A DNA stretch of 54,083 nt, taken from Girardia tigrina (taxonomy: Eukaryota). The position numbers and the translations under genes are program-made. Shown one piece after another: positions 49,845 to 54,083 of the stretch. The DNA is taken from the NCBI GenBank assembly GCA_001938485.1, contig MQRK01210159.1, positions 17,752 through 71,834 on the forward strand, given 5' to 3'. The notes under the pieces were generated by a model that did no database searches, was not told the origin of the DNA, and worked only from the letters and a program-made list of their open reading frames with translations. Position 1 is the stretch's first letter. The number at the start of each line of letters is the position of its first letter.

Positions 49845-50437
49845 AAAGTTTTAAAAATCACGTTTTCGTATGGACTAAAAAGAGGAAAATAATTTTTTTC
49901 TAGACATGTGAGAAATTTTATACCTAACCAAAAACGTGGGGTGGATTTCTGAATTACTGCTATTAGTAACTGCTATTTCCTCTTTACTGCTTTTTAGTAA
50001 CAATCGATTATTTCTATGCCCCACGTTTTTGGTTAGGTATAAAATTTTTCACATGTCTAGAAAAAAATTATTTTCCTCTTTTTAGTCCATATGAAAACGT
50101 GGTTTTTAAAACTTTTATTTATTATTATTTTAGTAGTATTATTATACTACTTATTATTATAAGTAGTATACCAAGATTTAATTTCATAATTTATAAATTT
50201 TATATTTTAATTTAGTCCATATAAAATTAAAATTAATTAATTTGAATTTATTAGAGCATTTTTGAGACGCAGAGATGCTAAAATCTCAAAATGTCAGGCA
50301 GAAGAAGCCTACATAAAAAATTTCAGAACGATCGGATGAGTGGAAGTGGTCTAAAAAAGCGTGTGAAAAGTGAAACATCACAAACAAACAGAAAAACAGA
50401 CAGAACCCAAAGCAAGTTAAGTAAAACGTGGTAAAAA
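49845..50437 (-). mobile_element. Helentron-associated element copy 2 with internal foldback
   Basis: Reverse complement of 12214-12810; arms about 49859-49942 and 50018-50101. Confidence 0.7.
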
Positions 50438-51382
50438 GATACTGTTTGATATTTAATTACAATTTAAAATTTAAAAAACTGAAAAACAATTTTCAAAATT
50501 TGATGAGTATAATTAGCAAGCTAGAATTGGTTAACATAATATAGATTTAATAGATCTAATCATAAAATATAATAAAATAACTTTAAATACAGTTTGTGTT
50601 ACATGCATTTAGCCATTGTTCTTTGAATTCAATTCCACCACCCATCAGATTCCTCGACATATTAAACTATAATAACTACCTAACCAAAAAGTATTTATTT
50701 TAAGCATCATTTACCTCCTTAACTACTCATCCATATCTTTTTTCAATCGTCCACTTACCCACTTCCTCAACTCAACATCATAACATTTACGTGTCATGAC
50801 ATATTTGATATCTAACTCCTCAAAACTTTTTAGTACAAAACTTCTCAATCAGAAGAATGGATTGTACTAATGCTTTGATTTGATATTTTGCTAGTGACGT
50901 CCTTTCAATGTCCCATTTTCTAGCCGTAAAATATTTCATTTGTTTAAATTATGTGTACAATTTGCTGTTATTCTTAAACTTAATTTTTTTTTTTCACATT
51001 TAGACTTTTCATTTCACCTCTATATTTTAATCTATTCGTACATTGAATTAGAGTGCATATTTCCTTATATATTTAAGTTCTATTATTTTCGTCATTATTT
51101 TACACAAGTTCATCAATCATATCAGAGGCAATTAAAAAACAATGTTATTACCAAAATTATTTTATTTATTATTAACAATACAAACAGAATCTTCATTACA
51201 ACAATTATCTGTACTTCCATCTGAAATTTTCATCTTTCTTTATTTTTATATTTTTTTTCAGACTCATACATACACTTAAAATGTAATAATTAAAATAATT
51301 ATCAATTTTATTTTCGTAAAAATTAAATTAATAGAATATATATATATAACAATAAAGCTATTTTAATTTAAATTTTTTATTG

Positions 51383-51420
51383 GAAAACATGTTTCGCCAC
51401 TTCTGTGGGATAGTCAGTTC
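51383..51420 (-). ncRNA. Minimal hammerhead motif (core CTGACTA variant)
   Basis: GAA CTGACTA TC CCAC-AGAA-GTGG C GAAA CATGTT TTC. Confidence 0.65.
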
Positions 51421-52222
51421 TGTAAGAAAGTAAATCGCTGTTGAATTTATAGTCGGAATGTCATTACATCATCATTTGTTACATCAGAATACTCTAATAT
51501 GATTCGACAAATCACTGTACGTTTAAACAACTTTTATGAAACTTAATTAACAGTGCTTCAGTAAAAATTCTTTCATAGTTACAGTCAAAATTACTAATCA
51601 AAACCCGAAAATCACTCATTTAATCTCATGTGAGTTCCATGACAGCTTTTAATGTGATCTAAAATAGAGCTTTTCTTACTTGATTGGGTATGCTCAGCAA
51701 TTCCATTGCGGAGGTGACAATTTGTCCCTCCAATGTACAAGGAGTCACACTTGTGACATTTAAACTGGTAGACTGAATTTGATTTCATATCCAATTGTGT
51801 TTTTGATTTATTGAAAAAGTAATTAGATATTTTGTTAGTGAGGAAAACCAATTTAGTTTTACTGTCTACTGGAGGCCATTTTTCAAAAACTCTTCCTTCA
51901 GAGTATGGAAATTTAAGGAAAAGTTGCTGTGTGTTAGTCTCTCCTCAGAAGGATTAAGGTTGTTATAGATAAAATTATTAGTCTTTACATAGATCGATTC
52001 TACTGTATTATTAATGATCTTATTTAGATATTCTATGTTATATCCATTATGACTAAGTCTGTTATGAAAGGATTATTACTGAAGCACTGTTAATTAAGTT
52101 TCATAAACATTGTTTAAACGCGCCAAGTGATTCGTCGAATCATATTTGAGTATTCTGATGTAAAAAAATGGTGATGTAATGGTCTTCCGACTATAAATTC
52201 AACAGCGATTTACTTTCTTACA

Positions 52223-52260
52223 GAATTGACGATCCCACAGAAGTGGTGAAACATGTTTTC
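52223..52260 (+). ncRNA. Minimal hammerhead motif (core TTGACGA variant)
   Basis: GAA TTGACGA TC CCAC-AGAA-GTGG T GAAA CATGTT TTC. Confidence 0.65.
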
Positions 52261-52574
52261 CAATAAAAATTTTAAATTAAGATGTCTATTGTTTTTTATT
52301 ATTAAAATTGCCATTAGACAAATTGAATCATTACCAAATAAATAATTAGTCGCAATATTTAATAGTATGAATGATCAAAAATATATTTTCTGTATTTTGG
52401 TGGTAAAATGAGATCTGGCATTTATGATAATACTTTTGTAATAAATTTCGTAACAGAAATGATGATAATATTTTTGTAGCAAATAATTCATTGAAATAAT
52501 TGATTAAATTATGTAAGGGAAAAATGTCTTTCCGTACATTTTGGGCATGCTTCTTGTTGTTCTTCACTTATTAA

Positions 52575-53965
52575 CCCTACAAATACTGTGCATGGACAAA
52601 AATGTCCACACTTATGAAAATTTTAAAACTGTGAATGAAAATCTTTGAAAATGCTTTAAGCAGTGTAATTTTATTGCGGTCCCGGACTTGAAAGTGCATT
52701 TAGCTGATCCGATTCTTGTCCATATTTATCTTGCAAGGGGTTTTGATTAGTTTTTTAATTGATTTATTGTGTTTTATTTTATTGATATGGATTTATAAAT
52801 TATTTTTATTTTACTGATTTATTTTATTTATTTTAGAATGGATATTGCGAGAGAAAATGATTTAATTTTATCAGGAGAAGAAGATGAGACAAGTGAAGTT
52901 GAAGACAATGAGGAAGAGTATCAATTGACCGATGAAGATGAAGTAGGAGAAGAAGAAGAATTAGAAGAGGCAAACGAACAAATAGTGTCAAAAACTGGTA
53001 AGGTTTACTTCAAAAAGCAGTTTAGAAATCAAAAAATATATATTCAAGATGTAATAAAAGATCATATGGGCATAACACCTGACGGTAAGATTATAAATGC
53101 AGAAGATTCTTTCCGTAAAATCATGTCAACGGATGTCCTTGATATAATCATCAAAAATACGAATGAACATATAATAGAAGAAAATGATAAGATTGATGAA
53201 ATCGATCTGCTCGCCTTTATGGGACTATTATACATGATGAGAAGCAATAATGATAATACTCAATCGATTACAGATTTATGGTCACAACTAAATGGTAGAC
53301 CATTTTACAGAGGCGCGATGTCAAGAAATAGGTTTATTCAAATAATAAAGCATTTGCGATTCGATGAAAAGAGTACCAGACAAGAAAGAAGAAAGACTGA
53401 TAAATTTGCTCCCATAAGAAATCTATTTGAATCAATTGCATCTTCTTTTTCAAAATTTTCAAGCCTTACGAATGTACGACTATAGATGAGATGCTCTCAC
53501 TATTTCGTGGAAGGTGCCCAATCAAGGTTTTTATGAAGGATAAGCCCGTTAAATACGGTATACTTATTCGAATGATAACAGTCGCTAAGCATCGTTATCT
53601 ATTAGCAATGGAGCCATATGCTGGCAAATCCGATTTACAATTCAATAAACCTATAGACATAGTTATTAGACTGGCTAAGGTGATCAAAGGATCTTCACGT
53701 AATATAACGATGGACCGTTATTATTCATCTATTGATTTAGTAGATATTCTATGGCACAATTTTAAACTAACAATGGTCGGAACTATTCAATCTAACAGAA
53801 AGCATCTTCCTAATATTATAAAAAATACTAGCGTAACAGAGCTGTACTCATCTTTATTCTTGTTTTCAAAAGCGAGCTCTACTTCAGCACCAGTAACACT
53901 CCTTTCATACAATGCAAAGCCTCGAAAATCAGTATTATTAATATCAACTCATCCTCAGTCTATTG
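52575..53965 (+). mobile_element. piggyBac transposon, frameshifted and interrupted
   Basis: TTAA|CCCT terminus; acidic N-terminus, MSRNRF..I..HLRFD, TIDEML..FRGRCP..KPVKYG, ITMDRYYSS. Confidence 0.93.
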
Positions 53966-54083
53966 CAGGCCTGGCCAACCCAAGGCCCGCGGGCCACGTT
54001 TGGCCCGCAAGACAATTTTTGTGGCCCGCCGGACCATTTCATATTAAAATTATTTTTTAATATTACATAAATGTTAAATAATT
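53966..54083. mobile_element. hAT Charlie-type element end inserted in the piggyBac ORF
   Basis: CAGGCCTGGCCAACC terminus with GGCCCGC subterminal repeats, preceded by the 8-mer GTCTATTG. Confidence 0.8.

Larger units (their letters stand above)
51362..52280 (-). mobile_element. Second Penelope-like element, 3' fragment with inverted pLTR
   Basis: SVYQFKCHKCDSLYIGGTN (GIY-YIG); arms 51362-51577 and 52063-52280 are inverted. Confidence 0.9.

Noticed and set aside
52346-52567. 73-aa ORF as a caspase DED exon
   Set aside because: Only vague helical similarity and no convincing splice sites; it could equally be a LINE C-terminal relic.
1-54083. CRISPR array or prokaryotic operon
   Set aside because: No regularly spaced repeats; spliceosomal genes and eukaryotic TEs throughout.

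Overview
AT-rich, intron-containing invertebrate animal DNA with four N gaps. A planarian-type flatworm is plausible from the transposon repertoire, but this is inference only. Two convergent spliced genes are present: a complete 6-exon DNAJB13 (+, 5216-37797, 318 aa reconstructed) and a caspase-8-like gene (-, at least 5 exons, 49417->38008, 5' end not found). Their stop codons are about 210 bp apart. The introns are packed with decayed transposons: Gypsy, hAT, mariner/Tc1 (DD34D, DD37E, maT, a rosa-type DD46D), Chapaev3, Helitron/Helentron, MULE-like, piggyBac, a Stowaway-like MITE, and two Penelope-like elements carrying minimal hammerhead ribozymes. Unexplained highlights are a Gypsy element whose primer-binding position is complementary to the 5' end (not the 3' end) of tRNA-Lys, several CpG-rich gene relics (HisRS-like, CHTF8-like and unknown), a structured GC-rich insert with a 23-bp direct repeat, a 34-nt 18S rRNA terminus at a transposon junction, and a caspase linker lacking the usual autocleavage Asp residues. 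All family assignments come from motif recognition by eye; no database search was run.
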